Source: a virus
IMG/VR virus record: IMGVR_UViG_3300045974_000760
Coordinates: 32,001-96,000 of that record
DNA: 64,000 nucleotides
Direction: 5' to 3' (one strand)
Shown here: in pieces, positions 30,227 to 40,712 of the stretch
Layout of the letters: the number at the start of each line of letters is the position of its first letter
Position numbering within the stretch: position 1 is the stretch's first letter
Translations under genes and position numbers: made by a program
The notes under the pieces: model-generated
Databases searched by the model: none
What the model saw: the letters and a program-made list of their open reading frames with translations, nothing else
What the model was told of the DNA's origin: nothing

Positions 30227-31239
30227 ATACCTCTGGCCTTCTGAGCACCTACTCACGTCAGTCCGCAGTCCTCACCATCGATGTACCGCTGAGTGATTGG
30301 CAGACCGCAGAAGGGGTGCTTCTGTTTCACGCGCTCGAGGTATGGCGCTCGCGGGTTGGGGAGTGGGGGCCGTACGAAGAGGTGACTGCGCCGGGGTACA
30401 CGGCGGCCTCCTTCCCAGCAGCTGATGGTCTTGCCCCGGACGTTACGACTGGGCCTTCCATCTTGCTGCACGGCAAGTACCTCGAGCTCGAGGTGGACGA
30501 GACCCTCATCATCCGGACCGACTTCTCAGGGGCTGACCCCTACAACTACGCGACGGCGGCAACGGCCATCAACGCGCAGAGCAGGGGACGGTACCTCGCG
30601 TACGTGGCTCGCGGCATCCTCCATATCAACGGTGTCTCGGCAGGCTCGGCCGCATCGTTGAGGGTGGTGGGTGGAGAGGCTGCTCCGCTGCTGGGCCTGT
30701 CTCTTCTTAGCCCCGAGAATGCGGCGTACGGGCGGGAGCCGTGGACTGCTCTCACGACGGGCATCTCGCGCTACACGTTCGTGGACCGCAACAGTGAGGC
30801 GGGCTTCTACTACAAGACGCGCCTTCGCAACATCTTGACGGGTGCTGTGTCGGCGTTCGCGCCTGCCTTCATGCCCAAGGCGCCCTCGGGCTTGTCCGCC
30901 GACAACCGTGTGGTGGGGTACGTGCGGCTCGCGAGCTCGACGGGTGGGCCTGACGTCTCGCGACGTCTCGCGGTCCGAGTGGAGTTCCACCCCACGCTCA
31001 TCGAGGGCCACAACATCGCAGGCGGGGACATCGAGCTCTGCACAGATGGGACGGGCTACGCCGAGACGCTGCTGGTTCCAGGCACGCAGATTCAAGTTGC
31101 ACTGGGAGGGACCGAGCTCGTGAGGAGCCTGGTTGTACCTTCCACATCTTTCAACCTTCTCGACCCTGCGTACGGAACCGATGATGTCTTCCGAGTCCAG
31201 TCTAATCCGGAACGATACGCCTCCCCCCGGAGCCGATTA
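30223..31239 (+). CDS. beta-rich virion protein (ends at TTA)
   Basis: Fn3/Ig-like YTFVD...YYKTRL; in-frame TTA 31237-31239, after which the frame becomes non-protein-like and another frame takes over. Confidence 0.6.
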
Positions 31240-31249
31240 CCTGTGGATC

Positions 31250-31450
31250 TTGTGGACCACAACGGCGGGTATGCACACGTTCCACCACAAGTACAAAGTG
31301 GCGTACGTGCAGGGCAAACGCCTTCTGGACTACCTGCGCCCCTTGCGTGTGGAGAACTGGCAGCGCCGCAGGCCAGTGCGCGCCAATCGACAGCCGCTAC
31401 GCTTCGGGCAGCCAGTACCTGAGAAGAACCTGACCATCTACCTCCTCTGA
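31250..31450 (+). CDS. small basic protein
   Basis: Fills the gap to 31458; start is TTG 31250 or ATG 31271. Confidence 0.5.
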   Translation: MWTTTAGMHTFHHKYKVAYVQGKRLLDYLRPLRVENWQRRRPVRANRQPLRFGQPVPEKNLTIYLL

Positions 31451-31457
31451 GTCGCCC

Positions 31458-32351
31458 ATGACCTTCCAAAGCGTCACGCTCTACATCCTCGACAAGCAGC
31501 TCGGTACTCCTATCCCCGGGGTGGTTGTGCGCGTATTCAATCCAGAAGGCACCACGTACATCCAGCAGCAGACGTCTGATGCCGACGGCAAGATTGCGTT
31601 GCTGCTCCCGGACGACACGAAGTACCAGTTGCGGATGTACAAGTTCCAGGTCTCGTTCGAGAACCCGGTCTACCTCACCACGCCAGCGTGCGACGAGACC
31701 AACCTCGACGCAGCCTTCGAGGTGTACGGCACTCCCTTTCGGGCACCGCAATCTACGGACCCGGACATGTGCCGAGTCAGCGGCTTCTTCCGTACGCCGA
31801 CGGGAGCTCGAGCGGCGAACGTCAACATCAGCTTCATCACGCAGTTCAAGCCGATGCTGTTGGGGAGTGCGGCGGTGCTGACAGAGAGGGTGGAGTGTCG
31901 GACCAACAAGGACGGGTACGTCGAGCTCGACCTGATGCGGTGTGCCTGCTTCGATGTGGGCGTCGAAGGTATCGAAGGCGTGTTCCGCACCATCCAGGTG
32001 CCTGACCTGCCTTCTGCCAACCTGCCTGACTTGCTCTTCCCGTACATCGCTCGAGTCGAGTTCTCGCCCGCGCCTCCGTGGGATGTGCCTGCCGGTGGTT
32101 TCATCCGCATCGATGCGGTTGCGTACCGAAGCGACGGGGCACCTACCGAGAACATCTCGGAGCATCTCACGTGGTACACGGACGACCAGAGCCTGGTGCG
32201 TGTGGCGGTGGGGGCGAATCAAATCACTCTCGAGTCACCGAGCAACACGACAGGCACGACGCAGCTACAAGCGCGACCTGATGACCTCGGCATCGTGGTT
32301 CTGCCCGTGCCCGTGCTTGCGGGCCTTCCTGCCACTGTACGGGTGGTCTGA
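31458..32351 (+). CDS. virion protein with carboxypeptidase-regulatory-like and Ig-like domains
   Basis: PIPGVVVRVF...TSDADG; TNKDGYVELDL; LTWYTDDQSLVRV. Confidence 0.65.
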   Translation: MTFQSVTLYILDKQLGTPIPGVVVRVFNPEGTTYIQQQTSDADGKIALLLPDDTKYQLRMYKFQVSFENPVYLTTPACDETNLDAAFEVYGTPFRAPQSTDPDMCRVSGFFRTPTGARAANVNISFITQFKPMLLGSAAVLTERVECRTNKDGYVELDLMRCACFDVGVEGIEGVFRTIQVPDLPSANLPDLLFPYIARVEFSPAPPWDVPAGGFIRIDAVAYRSDGAPTENISEHLTWYTDDQSLVRVAVGANQITLESPSNTTGTTQLQARPDDLGIVVLPVPVLAGLPATVRVV

Positions 32352-32353
32352 CC

Positions 32354-32926
32354 ATGAGCATCGCGCGCGCTCAACTACTGCTCGCCGGCATCGAGCTGTT
32401 GCAGGAGGTGCACCGACAAGATCCCGGCTCGGTGTCGCCGCGCGCGCTGCTCCTCGTGCTGGGGTTGCCTGTCCCTCTTCCGCCGCCCAAAGAAGAGGAG
32501 AAGCCAGCGGGGGAGCTGGGCTTGGATTGCCGGCGACTGCTGCTGGAGATTATGCGGCGAGCGGCATTCGATTGGGTGTTGTTCCGCAACCACCACAAGC
32601 TCGCCAAGAAGAAGCTCGCCAAGGAAGCGTACGTGTGGCTCTTCAAGGAGGAGGTGGGTGACTACGCGTGGCAGACGCGCAAGGTTGAGGATCGCGAGCT
32701 CACCTCCTTCCGTAGCATCTGCATGATGCTGGACCTCGACATCGAGGTGATGCGCGGGAAGTTCCGAGAGCTCACGCCTGCGCGAATACTCAACGCAGGG
32801 CGGCCACCTGAGACGTCCCACACGTATGACCACGCAGCGGGAGTGGAGATACATCTCTCGGCGTCCTACGACCTCGAGGGGGATGGCGAAGATGACTTGT
32901 TGTTCGGCGACTTGACGATGTCCTGA
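32354..32926 (+). CDS. hypothetical protein
   Basis: AYVWLF...SFRSICMMLDLD motif. Confidence 0.65.
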   Translation: MSIARAQLLLAGIELLQEVHRQDPGSVSPRALLLVLGLPVPLPPPKEEEKPAGELGLDCRRLLLEIMRRAAFDWVLFRNHHKLAKKKLAKEAYVWLFKEEVGDYAWQTRKVEDRELTSFRSICMMLDLDIEVMRGKFRELTPARILNAGRPPETSHTYDHAAGVEIHLSASYDLEGDGEDDLLFGDLTMS

Positions 32927-32985
32927 AGTCCTGCGCGGAAGTGGGTATAAGCGCATTGTACCCACTCACTGTTTAGGAGACAGAC

Positions 32986-33552
32986 ATGGCAAAGTCGTTC
33001 CCGTTGGACCGTACACGCGTGGCCGCCGTCAACGCGGTGGACAAGAAGGGCCGGCCACGTTCGGCCAAGCAAATCGCAAAGAAGCTGCGCGAGCTGTCGG
33101 TCAGTTTCGAAGAGGAAGGCCGCCCGATGCAGGTGTTGCAGCTGCGCACAGGTGGCGTCATTTTGCTGGGTGGCCCCAGCGTGCGGGCGATCACTTTGGC
33201 GGAAGTACTGGGACCATCGCTTTCTCCGGAGCCCTCGCCACCGCCCGGGCACGAGAAGGCCTCCCACGAGAAGATGTTGCCGGAAGTTGCGGCATGGATG
33301 GCGGGTGTTGTGACTGCCGCACAGATGCAACCGGGGCTTTCCAAGAAGGAAGGGCTACGTGCTGTGACGCGCGTAGCTGAGTCTCGCTCCCGCTCCTTCC
33401 CGCGGGAGAAGAAAGAGGCGTACATTGCAGAGGTGCGGCGCTCCCTCGCAGTACACGACGATGTCTGCAGCGAAGAGGACTGCTTCACCGGTCCAATCTA
33501 CAAGGCGCTGATTGCTGGGCTCGAAGTATCCCTGAAAGCGAGTCTTTCATGA
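32986..33552 (+). CDS. hypothetical protein
   Basis: AGGAG RBS; promoter motif 32925-32951. Confidence 0.7.
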   Translation: MAKSFPLDRTRVAAVNAVDKKGRPRSAKQIAKKLRELSVSFEEEGRPMQVLQLRTGGVILLGGPSVRAITLAEVLGPSLSPEPSPPPGHEKASHEKMLPEVAAWMAGVVTAAQMQPGLSKKEGLRAVTRVAESRSRSFPREKKEAYIAEVRRSLAVHDDVCSEEDCFTGPIYKALIAGLEVSLKASLS

Positions 33553-33914
33553 AGGTCGTGCATATCGCGCCGGAGAAGCACCGTGACCTAGCATTTGGCG
33601 TGGTCGCGCACGCACTGTCATTCATCGTACCCCTCAACATCCGCGTCATCATCTTCGAGCTCGCTTCGGTGAGCTTGAAGGCGGAGGGCGCATCGGATGC
33701 TGAGGTGCAGCGTCTTGGCGAGGAGCTCGCGGACTTCCTCCTTCCTGAACGCGAGGATGGCAAGTACGAAGCCATCAAGGACAACCCGAGGGTTGCCCCG
33801 CTGCTGGCACAGCTACTCGAAGAGCGGTTCCCTGGTTTTCTCCCAACCCCGAAGGCAAGGAGCAAGAAGCGTGAGCCCAAACCCAAACTCAAGTCACCAA
33901 CCAAGGGTAGATTA
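33549..33914 (+). CDS. hypothetical protein (ends at TTA TTA)
   Basis: Tandem in-frame TTA 33912-33917 after a Lys-rich tail. Confidence 0.55.
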
Positions 33915-33936
33915 TTACCCAAACGTCAGGCACGTT

Positions 33937-34116
33937 GTGGAGGGCATCGACAAGCTGCCCGGAGAGACTGAGCACGTGGTGATGTTCACTGCCGATGGCA
34001 GAATGATTGTGGTGTGGCGCGAGGGCAAGGAGAGGAAGAGCTGCTTCTCCGGTCTGGTTCTTCTGTCGCTGAAGCGTGAGGGGATTGCGCTTCAGCACAT
34101 TGGCCCGGAGGCGTAG
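33937..34116 (+). CDS. small hypothetical protein
   Basis: GTG start, coupled to the next gene; start uncertain. Confidence 0.45.
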   Translation: MEGIDKLPGETEHVVMFTADGRMIVVWREGKERKSCFSGLVLLSLKREGIALQHIGPEA

Positions 34117-34661
34117 TGCGCATCCCGCGAACTGGGCGGGTGCGTGTGTTTGCAGTACAGGCGGACCGCACCCTCAAGCATTGGAGCGATACACGATACG
34201 GGGCAGCGGGAGGGGCGCTGTTCGTACTGCAGACCATCTGTTACGAGAAGGGCATCACGGTACCTCCGCTGCGCACCGAGGCGCGGGTACCTGCCATGAC
34301 GAAGCTACTGCACAAGGGTGATGTTGGCGCACGTGCCGTTGATTCGCTTTCGCCGTATCAGCGGGGGCTGGTTCGGCTTGTACATCCGGACCACGGACAG
34401 CGCTATATCCGGCGCGAGGACATCCCGCTTGCCTGTGCCATGCTGTACAAGCGGTTCACGACCTACTACGGTCTGCTTGAGCCCGCGCCGCTGCTACCGT
34501 GGATTGTGTCGCAGCTGTGGGAGATCTACCACGCAGAGCAGTTCGGGGCGGCAATCCAGTGGGGGTACAAGACGCCCATCTGGGAGGAGCTCCTCGAAGC
34601 AAAGACGCCCGTAACGTTGGCAAGTGGCGTATCGGCGTGGAGGACGGAGGATAGGCGGTGA
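34116..34661 (+). CDS. hypothetical protein
   Basis: Followed by hairpin terminator 34661-34712. Confidence 0.65.
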   Translation: MRIPRTGRVRVFAVQADRTLKHWSDTRYGAAGGALFVLQTICYEKGITVPPLRTEARVPAMTKLLHKGDVGARAVDSLSPYQRGLVRLVHPDHGQRYIRREDIPLACAMLYKRFTTYYGLLEPAPLLPWIVSQLWEIYHAEQFGAAIQWGYKTPIWEELLEAKTPVTLASGVSAWRTEDRR

Positions 34662-34712
34662 AGCACGGCAAGCTCGACATGTACGGCGTCGAGCTGCCAT
34701 GCTTTTTAGCCT
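34661..34712 (+). terminator. long hairpin + TTTTTAGCC
   Basis: AGCTCGAC/GTCGAGCT stem extended by GGC/GCC and AAGCA/TGCTT. Confidence 0.7.
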
Positions 34713-34713
34713 C

Positions 34714-37700
34714 ATGTCCTTCACCGCCGATGAAGTAGATGCCGCCGTTCAGAAGCTCGTCCAAGTCTCACTTCAGGTGAAGATGGATGCGACTGGCGCT
34801 CGACGTACGAGCGACACGTACGACGAGCTGATGTCCACAGCCGCGGGCCTCTTTCTCCTCTTCCCATTCGCCCCGCTCTACATCTTGTACCTCGCAGATG
34901 TGCGGCTGCGTACCCTCATCAAGACGCAGGTCGAGCAGGTCACCAAGCTACAGACCGCGCTCATCGCAGCAGCTCGCGCCGTCACACCCATCGAGGACAT
35001 CAGCGCGCTGAGTGAGGCGCGTGTTGCGCTCTCCGAGCTCGAAGGAGCTGCGGGCTCCCGCACCTCGACCTTCACCGACACTTCGACGCTGCCGGCGTAC
35101 CAACGGTTTCAGACACAAGCAGCTCGCTTTCTCGCGGGCCCGGCTCAGGTGGTGAAGTACGGCAACGACATCGTACAGACACCCCAAGAAGCACGCGCCT
35201 CCATCCCCGCGCTCGTGCTCGCCATCAAGACCACGCAGCTCGAGCTGCAGCGCAAGGCCACGCTACTCGCGGCCGGATACGCCGACTACGAGAGCTTGAA
35301 GCTCCCCTCCCGCCTCACGCGCTCCATGCTGCAGAAGGCGCGGACCACACTACAAGACCACGAGACTCGTCTCGCCTCACAGACACCACAAGAGCGGTTG
35401 TCGACGATGAGGAACGTGACGCTCGATGTGCTCGCCACCAAGGCAGCGGTAGCTACCACCGCTGCCTTCACCCCGTTGTCTGGCTTCCACAACATCGCAG
35501 GCACCGGCTCACCTCTCGGGGATGCAGCACACCCTGCAAATCCCGCCAGCCTCACAGCCAGTGTTGCGAGCCCCTACCCTATCGCCCAAGGCACGTCCTC
35601 CTCTCTCGAGGTGTGGGTAGATGGCGCGGTCTCTGCCAGCGAGACACTCGAGCTCAATCCCGCAACCACACCTGAGTTCATTGGCACAGTACCCGAGCCC
35701 TTCGAGATTGATGTCGCGAGCTCCCCCTTCACGTACAGCGTCACGCTCAGCGGTACGACGTACAGCTTCACGCATGACCTGACCGCGCTTGTGGGTTCAG
35801 GTTCGCGTCTCGCAGAGGAGGTGGCCAACGTCCTCAACCCGCTCATCGCGAGTTGCAACATCGCGTTCTCACCGGTGTTCAACGCGCTCAAGCTCGCAGG
35901 CATCACCACCCTCCTCACCGACGGGGGGATGGTAGGCGGGGATTGGACCCTCACCTTCGAATCCTTCGGCGCGAACTTCATCAATCAGGCGGTGGTGGTC
36001 GGGGACACCATCCTGCTCGAGGCCGCTGTAAGTGCAGGTCTTGGCGCGCTCGAGCACACAGCATGGACGGTGACATCGGTCTATCCGCTCGGTGTCAACC
36101 AGCACCGCATCATCGCCAAGCGCACACAGGCCTCCTTCGTCCTGCCCGCCTCCCCGCACAACATCAACTTCCGCATCGGCGACAAGAAGCAGCTGCAGCT
36201 CGGCCCGCTTGATGTACCGCTCGCCATCACGCAGGACATGGTCATCGCCATCGCGCCGGGCGCTACCAATACCGGCGCTACTACCGTGGGGATGCTGCCT
36301 GGCCTCACGCTCTCAGTAGGGCGCGTGGCTGCCAGTGACCTGATGGCCGACATCAACAGCAAGGCCAAGAAGTGCAAGGCCTCTGTCTCCTTCGTTCCCA
36401 CGCGCACCACGTCCTTCTATGGGTACTCGGACCCCAACGACCCAACCACGCTCGCGCTCTCTTACCTCAACCGCACCTTCCGAACCCTCACCGCAGGTGC
36501 GAGCACGTTCACGCTCAGTGTGCCTGATGCCGACCTTCTCGGGCTTGATGTTACGGTCGGCGATTACGTCACGCTGCGCTCGGGCGTGGACCTCGGTGAT
36601 AGCTTCCCTGTGAGTAGCGTGGATGCGCACACCATCACGTGCACTGGTACGCCAACGAGCGGGCTTGTGCAGTTCGACGTCAGCCCTGACCTCACCGCAC
36701 TCGCGGCCATCAACGACGTGGTCTCGGTGACAGAGGGGCCCAACACACTCCAATACGTTGTGCGGGCACAAGGACTGCGCCGCACCGAGCTCGTTCTGCA
36801 GACCGCACTGCCCAGCTTCAAGGACCCAAGTACGGGCAGCGCCATCGAGTTCCGTGGCGTGCTCGGCAAGACCCTCATCACCCTTGCCTCCCTCGATAAG
36901 ACCACCAAGTCCGCCATCCAGCTGCGCGGGCCCGCCTCCACACTCTTCAATCCCACCTACCCCATGAGTAGCTACGTGTTCGGGGCAACACCCTGGGTCA
37001 AGCTCCCCATCCTTCCTCGCGCCCTCGAGGCAGGTGATGTGCTCGAGCAGTACGGCTCCGACTACCAGCTCCCTGACAGTACGCACACCATCATCGATGT
37101 CGACCGGGCCAACAAGGGCATCAAGCTCGCGACCCCGGTGGATACGCAAGTCGCGCTCTCCTTCGTCGACCAAGAGCCGCCCTTCGCCAAGGTGCGTATC
37201 GCCAAGCATGCCGACTTCCAGACGCTCTCCACCGCGCTCACTGCGTGGCTCGCGCGGGAGGAGAACCAGAGCAACTACTTCGCCAACCTCAACGCGCTGC
37301 TCAACCCCATCCTGCTCAACGTCAACCCCACCTACGAGCAGACAGGCACAGCCGCGAACTCCGTGGCCATCCTCGCGGCGGGCCTCACGCCTGCCTTCGC
37401 TACCTCACTCGATGCTGACCCCGCGGTCTCCGTCGACTACGCGCTCGCAGCCTACACCGCCGACCCAATCCGTGAGGTGGACGCGCTGCTGCGAGCTCTA
37501 CGAGAGCGGGGAGCAGCACGCGCCTCAGACCTCCTCCTCGAGGGACAGTTCACCACGTTCTTCGGCATCCCCGCCGAGGAGGCTACGTACGCAGGCAAGA
37601 TGTCCTCTGACGTACGAGCGGTGACGCGTGAAGACCTCGTGGTTCGCCGCACTACCTCGAACGCCAAGGCATCTCAGCGCCTCATGGCTTCTGTGCCTGA

Positions 37701-37824
37701 CGAGGACCTCGGCTCCACCCTCGGCGATATCGATACAACGCCCGGCCCCGATGTCCCGGTCTCAGGTGCGAGCTCGGGCATGCCCGACTTCTTCGGCTCG
37801 GCAGACAACACGCCAGAGACCTGA
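34714..37824 (+). CDS. large virion structural protein (~1036 aa)
   Basis: Helical termini with a Thr/Ser/Val-rich beta core and repeated V(V/T)VGD motifs. Confidence 0.65.
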   Translation: MSFTADEVDAAVQKLVQVSLQVKMDATGARRTSDTYDELMSTAAGLFLLFPFAPLYILYLADVRLRTLIKTQVEQVTKLQTALIAAARAVTPIEDISALSEARVALSELEGAAGSRTSTFTDTSTLPAYQRFQTQAARFLAGPAQVVKYGNDIVQTPQEARASIPALVLAIKTTQLELQRKATLLAAGYADYESLKLPSRLTRSMLQKARTTLQDHETRLASQTPQERLSTMRNVTLDVLATKAAVATTAAFTPLSGFHNIAGTGSPLGDAAHPANPASLTASVASPYPIAQGTSSSLEVWVDGAVSASETLELNPATTPEFIGTVPEPFEIDVASSPFTYSVTLSGTTYSFTHDLTALVGSGSRLAEEVANVLNPLIASCNIAFSPVFNALKLAGITTLLTDGGMVGGDWTLTFESFGANFINQAVVVGDTILLEAAVSAGLGALEHTAWTVTSVYPLGVNQHRIIAKRTQASFVLPASPHNINFRIGDKKQLQLGPLDVPLAITQDMVIAIAPGATNTGATTVGMLPGLTLSVGRVAASDLMADINSKAKKCKASVSFVPTRTTSFYGYSDPNDPTTLALSYLNRTFRTLTAGASTFTLSVPDADLLGLDVTVGDYVTLRSGVDLGDSFPVSSVDAHTITCTGTPTSGLVQFDVSPDLTALAAINDVVSVTEGPNTLQYVVRAQGLRRTELVLQTALPSFKDPSTGSAIEFRGVLGKTLITLASLDKTTKSAIQLRGPASTLFNPTYPMSSYVFGATPWVKLPILPRALEAGDVLEQYGSDYQLPDSTHTIIDVDRANKGIKLATPVDTQVALSFVDQEPPFAKVRIAKHADFQTLSTALTAWLAREENQSNYFANLNALLNPILLNVNPTYEQTGTAANSVAILAAGLTPAFATSLDADPAVSVDYALAAYTADPIREVDALLRALRERGAARASDLLLEGQFTTFFGIPAEEATYAGKMSSDVRAVTREDLVVRRTTSNAKASQRLMASVPDEDLGSTLGDIDTTPGPDVPVSGASSGMPDFFGSADNTPET

Positions 37825-37939
37825 AAATATCACGCGGCTTGTGGGGATAAGTGATGTGACTCGCCCCTACGCTGCGGTCTGCAATCTGTAGTTCTACTCG
37901 AGGAAAGTTGACACTCTTCAACAGGAGGGACACGAAGCA

Positions 37940-38284
37940 ATGAACCGTAGACCAAAGCCGTTTAGCACGGGCGAGCCGACAGCACTGGGTGCGTTTTTCC
38001 AGCGTGTTTTCGATGTTCTCGAGCAGCAGGGCGGGGCCAAGTCGGAGCAGCGCGGTGCGTTCGTGCAGTACATGGAAGCCACGCCGCCCTACGCGCGCTG
38101 CAGTATTCCCTTGAAGGGACTACTGGGAGTGAACGCGACGTTCCACCGGGGTGTGGTCGGCGGGCTCTACATCTCGTTGCCTGACGCACAAGAAACACCA
38201 GCGCGACGGGACAAGCAGCGCGAGATGGGCAAAGCGCTACGCCCGATGCACCAAGAGTGGCTTGAGCTCATCGGCAACGCCTGA
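37940..38284 (+). CDS. hypothetical protein
   Basis: AGGAGG RBS; promoter motif at 37847. Confidence 0.7.
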   Translation: MNRRPKPFSTGEPTALGAFFQRVFDVLEQQGGAKSEQRGAFVQYMEATPPYARCSIPLKGLLGVNATFHRGVVGGLYISLPDAQETPARRDKQREMGKALRPMHQEWLELIGNA

Positions 38285-38439
38285 TGCGTATCTCGTTTCA
38301 CTCACTAGCTCATGCCCCCTGGCCGGTACTACACAGGCTGGCCCGCCATCTTCAACTTCAACGAATACCCGCCAGAGACACGCCGAAGAATAGGCTTCAG
38401 CTCGTCATGGCGATTTACCTCAGCATCACAGAGGAGTAG
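38284..38439 (+). CDS. 51-aa hypothetical protein
   Basis: TGATG coupling; MRISFHSLAHAPW...TEE, ends TAG. Confidence 0.55.
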   Translation: MRISFHSLAHAPWPVLHRLARHLQLQRIPARDTPKNRLQLVMAIYLSITEE

Positions 38440-38447
38440 GGGATTAC

Positions 38448-38846
38448 ATGCACACAACCAAAGTCGAGTTCATGCGAGACAGGCGAGAGCCCGGCGGGGG
38501 CTTCAACTGCCGTCTCGAACTCCACGGCTCAATGCTTCTGCTCTTCGTCGACGACAGCCTCGAGGCATTGGTCAACTTTCACGCGTTCACGCGAGTCGTG
38601 GCGTGGGACGCGTACCCTGATGACTCGGACGTCGATGGAGGCAACCACGTTGTGTACTTCGAGGGTGATGGCGTCGATACGTTCTACGTCGAGGCGCTGC
38701 CCGGGCATACGTCAGCAATCCTGGCGGCCTGCGCGCTGCACATCATCGGCACGACGTCGTCCGAGGCGTTTGACACCGAGCTCGTTACGCGCCTGGAGGC
38801 GCTTCGTGTTGCAGGCTCCGTGGAAGAAAAGGAACAAGCCAAATGA
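38448..38846 (+). CDS. hypothetical protein
   Basis: RBS plus ATG. Confidence 0.65.
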   Translation: MHTTKVEFMRDRREPGGGFNCRLELHGSMLLLFVDDSLEALVNFHAFTRVVAWDAYPDDSDVDGGNHVVYFEGDGVDTFYVEALPGHTSAILAACALHIIGTTSSEAFDTELVTRLEALRVAGSVEEKEQAK

Positions 38847-39466
38847 GTGATGACCCGAACTACAACGAGGCTGCGGTACTGCGCGAGAGCATTCAAGGCC
38901 GCTTCGAGGCATTGAAGGCAGCGGTGAAGGCGGGGCTTGTGCTCACTCTCACCAACAAGGAGGGGCACATGGCAACGGGCGGCGGGATGTTCGTCGAGAC
39001 CCTGCCCGACATCGTGTCGAGAGAGGGCATGGCCCTCATGGGGTACCGCTTCGTCGACACGGCGGATGGTGACACCATCATGGAGCCGTCGAATCGCGCT
39101 GCTCGTGGCGCGCTCAAGCTCCTTCAGACTGAGGTCCCTACGCCCGCTACATGCAGCGCGGCTGAGGAGATTCGTAAGAAGGGCAACATCGTAGGTGCGG
39201 GCGGCTGGGACATGCTGAGGGGCGCCGAGCTTCCCGTCACGGATGTCACCCCGGAGCCGGCGCCGGAGCTAGGTCAGCGTGATCACACGTTGCGCATGGA
39301 TGAAGACGACCTCCGCGAGCTCTTGCACGAGCTCAGGCATCTGCGCGCCCAACGCACCGAGCTGCAGAAGCACAACACGGCGTACCACGACCAAGTCGTG
39401 GAGCTGAAGAATCGCATCAGGGAGCTTGAGTCGCGTGTCGGCGTGGATACCGAGACGGGAGCGTAA
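38843..39466 (+). CDS. hypothetical protein with C-terminal coiled coil
   Basis: ATGA coupling. Confidence 0.65.
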   Translation: MSDDPNYNEAAVLRESIQGRFEALKAAVKAGLVLTLTNKEGHMATGGGMFVETLPDIVSREGMALMGYRFVDTADGDTIMEPSNRAARGALKLLQTEVPTPATCSAAEEIRKKGNIVGAGGWDMLRGAELPVTDVTPEPAPELGQRDHTLRMDEDDLRELLHELRHLRAQRTELQKHNTAYHDQVVELKNRIRELESRVGVDTETGA

Positions 39467-39944
39467 ACACGTCCCCTCGAAGGCCACTCTCCTTTTGCGG
39501 GAGTGGTACGAGCAGAAGTACAACGTGAAGGTGGACTGGGCGGCGCGCGAGCCTGTGTTCGGTATCGTTGCTGCCGCTGCGCGTCTTGGTGTGAGCATGC
39601 CCGCGTTGTACAACTGGCTGCACGGGGCGGTCCCCTACATCGACATGCGTATCCTGCTCGAGCAGGAGATGGGCATCCCCCTCACTGCATGGCCATCGAC
39701 GCGCGGGTTCGAGCGACGGGACTTGCTCAAGGATGTGTCGGGGACGCGCGTGGACCATGTTCTCGTGCTCTGCCGTAGTCCGAGACGGGCACAAGAGAAG
39801 CAGGCGTTCTTCGACGCGCTCTGCGACTGCGGTAACTTCTTCCGCGTAGGTAGTGCGGTGGTGCGGTACGAGCGGCGACTGCCCTTCGTGTGTACGCGCT
39901 GCCACAAGTACCGCACCAAGCAGTACGACAAGCTGTCCGCGTAG
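39426..39944 (+). CDS. HTH protein with C-terminal Cys cluster
   Basis: AAARLGVSMPALYNWLHG...P; CDCG..CTRC; start uncertain. Confidence 0.65.
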   Translation: MSRVSAWIPRRERKHVPSKATLLLREWYEQKYNVKVDWAAREPVFGIVAAAARLGVSMPALYNWLHGAVPYIDMRILLEQEMGIPLTAWPSTRGFERRDLLKDVSGTRVDHVLVLCRSPRRAQEKQAFFDALCDCGNFFRVGSAVVRYERRLPFVCTRCHKYRTKQYDKLSA

Positions 39945-39999
39945 TTTCAATCGAAGGCCCGGCACTCAATCCGGGCCTTCTTCATTTCAGGAGATACAC

Positions 40000-40533
40000 A
40001 TGTTCAAGCCTTATCCCCTCACCATCGTGCTTCGCGGTCTCCCCGGTTCTGGTAAGTCCACCCTCGCAAAGAAGTTGAAAGAGATGCTGCGCGGGATGGG
40101 GTTGACCGTTGTCATCGTGAGCGCGGACGACCACTTCACCGCCCCGGATGGGCAGTACACGTACGTGCCTAGTGAGATTGGCAACGCGCACCAATCCTGC
40201 TGGACCAGGTTCTACGGCTTCGTATCGAGCGATTACTTCCCCGACGTCATCATCGTGGATAACACCAACGTCCACGAGGGGGAGATTGCTCCCTACGTTC
40301 TCCCCTCCGAGTGCAATGGGTTCAGGGTCGTCATCGTTTCGGTGGACGCGGAAGGCGCGTCTGCTGAAGAGCTGGCAAAGCGCACGTTGCACGGCGTGCC
40401 GCAGGCGGTGATAGCGCGAATGGCAACGGAAGGTGCGTGGGCAACGCTTCCGCCGTACTGGAAGACGTTGAAGGCGACCGTCAACACGGACCCGGGCGAG
40501 CTCTTCAAGGCCGCGCAGGAGCTGGTGTCCTGA
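40000..40533 (+). CDS. P-loop kinase (AAA_33 / polynucleotide-kinase-like)
   Basis: LRGLPGSGKSTLA; SADDHF; IIVDNTN; R..HGVP..VI.RM. Confidence 0.85.
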   Translation: MFKPYPLTIVLRGLPGSGKSTLAKKLKEMLRGMGLTVVIVSADDHFTAPDGQYTYVPSEIGNAHQSCWTRFYGFVSSDYFPDVIIVDNTNVHEGEIAPYVLPSECNGFRVVIVSVDAEGASAEELAKRTLHGVPQAVIARMATEGAWATLPPYWKTLKATVNTDPGELFKAAQELVS

Positions 40534-40712
40534 TGGACCCTACCGAAACGCTCAACATCATGCTCGACAGGGCCAAGGTCTTGCTCGAGATGTACGACCA
40601 GGAGCAGGACATGCCCGATGAGGCACACGAGCTCGCAGAGGCTGTACAACACCTCGATGAGTGGTTGTCGAAAGGCGGTTTCCTACCAAGCCAATGGACA
40701 CCAAAGACCTGA
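40533..40712 (+). CDS. small hypothetical protein
   Basis: LDEWLSKGGFLP.QW motif; TGATG coupling. Confidence 0.65.
   Translation: MDPTETLNIMLDRAKVLLEMYDQEQDMPDEAHELAEAVQHLDEWLSKGGFLPSQWTPKT

Noticed and set aside
30703-30714. CTTCTTAGCCCC terminator-like motif
   Set aside because: It lies inside a coding region with no preceding hairpin and is treated as a chance match.
33890-33940. Possible frameshift joining the 33549 ORF to the 33697-34116 frame
   Set aside because: No convincing slippery heptamer; termination at TTA TTA is simpler. This site remains the most ambiguous of the TTA cases.
14921-37667. Long antisense ORFs (e.g. 16774-17670, 31092-32222, 36313-37209)
   Set aside because: These are shadows of GC-rich sense-strand genes, with no RBS or motifs.
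38312-38620. ORF with an in-frame TTA immediately before the ATG at 38448, a tempting additional TTA-stop case
   Set aside because: A better, translationally coupled 51-aa gene (38284-38439, TAG stop) occupies the region in another frame, so this site is not counted.
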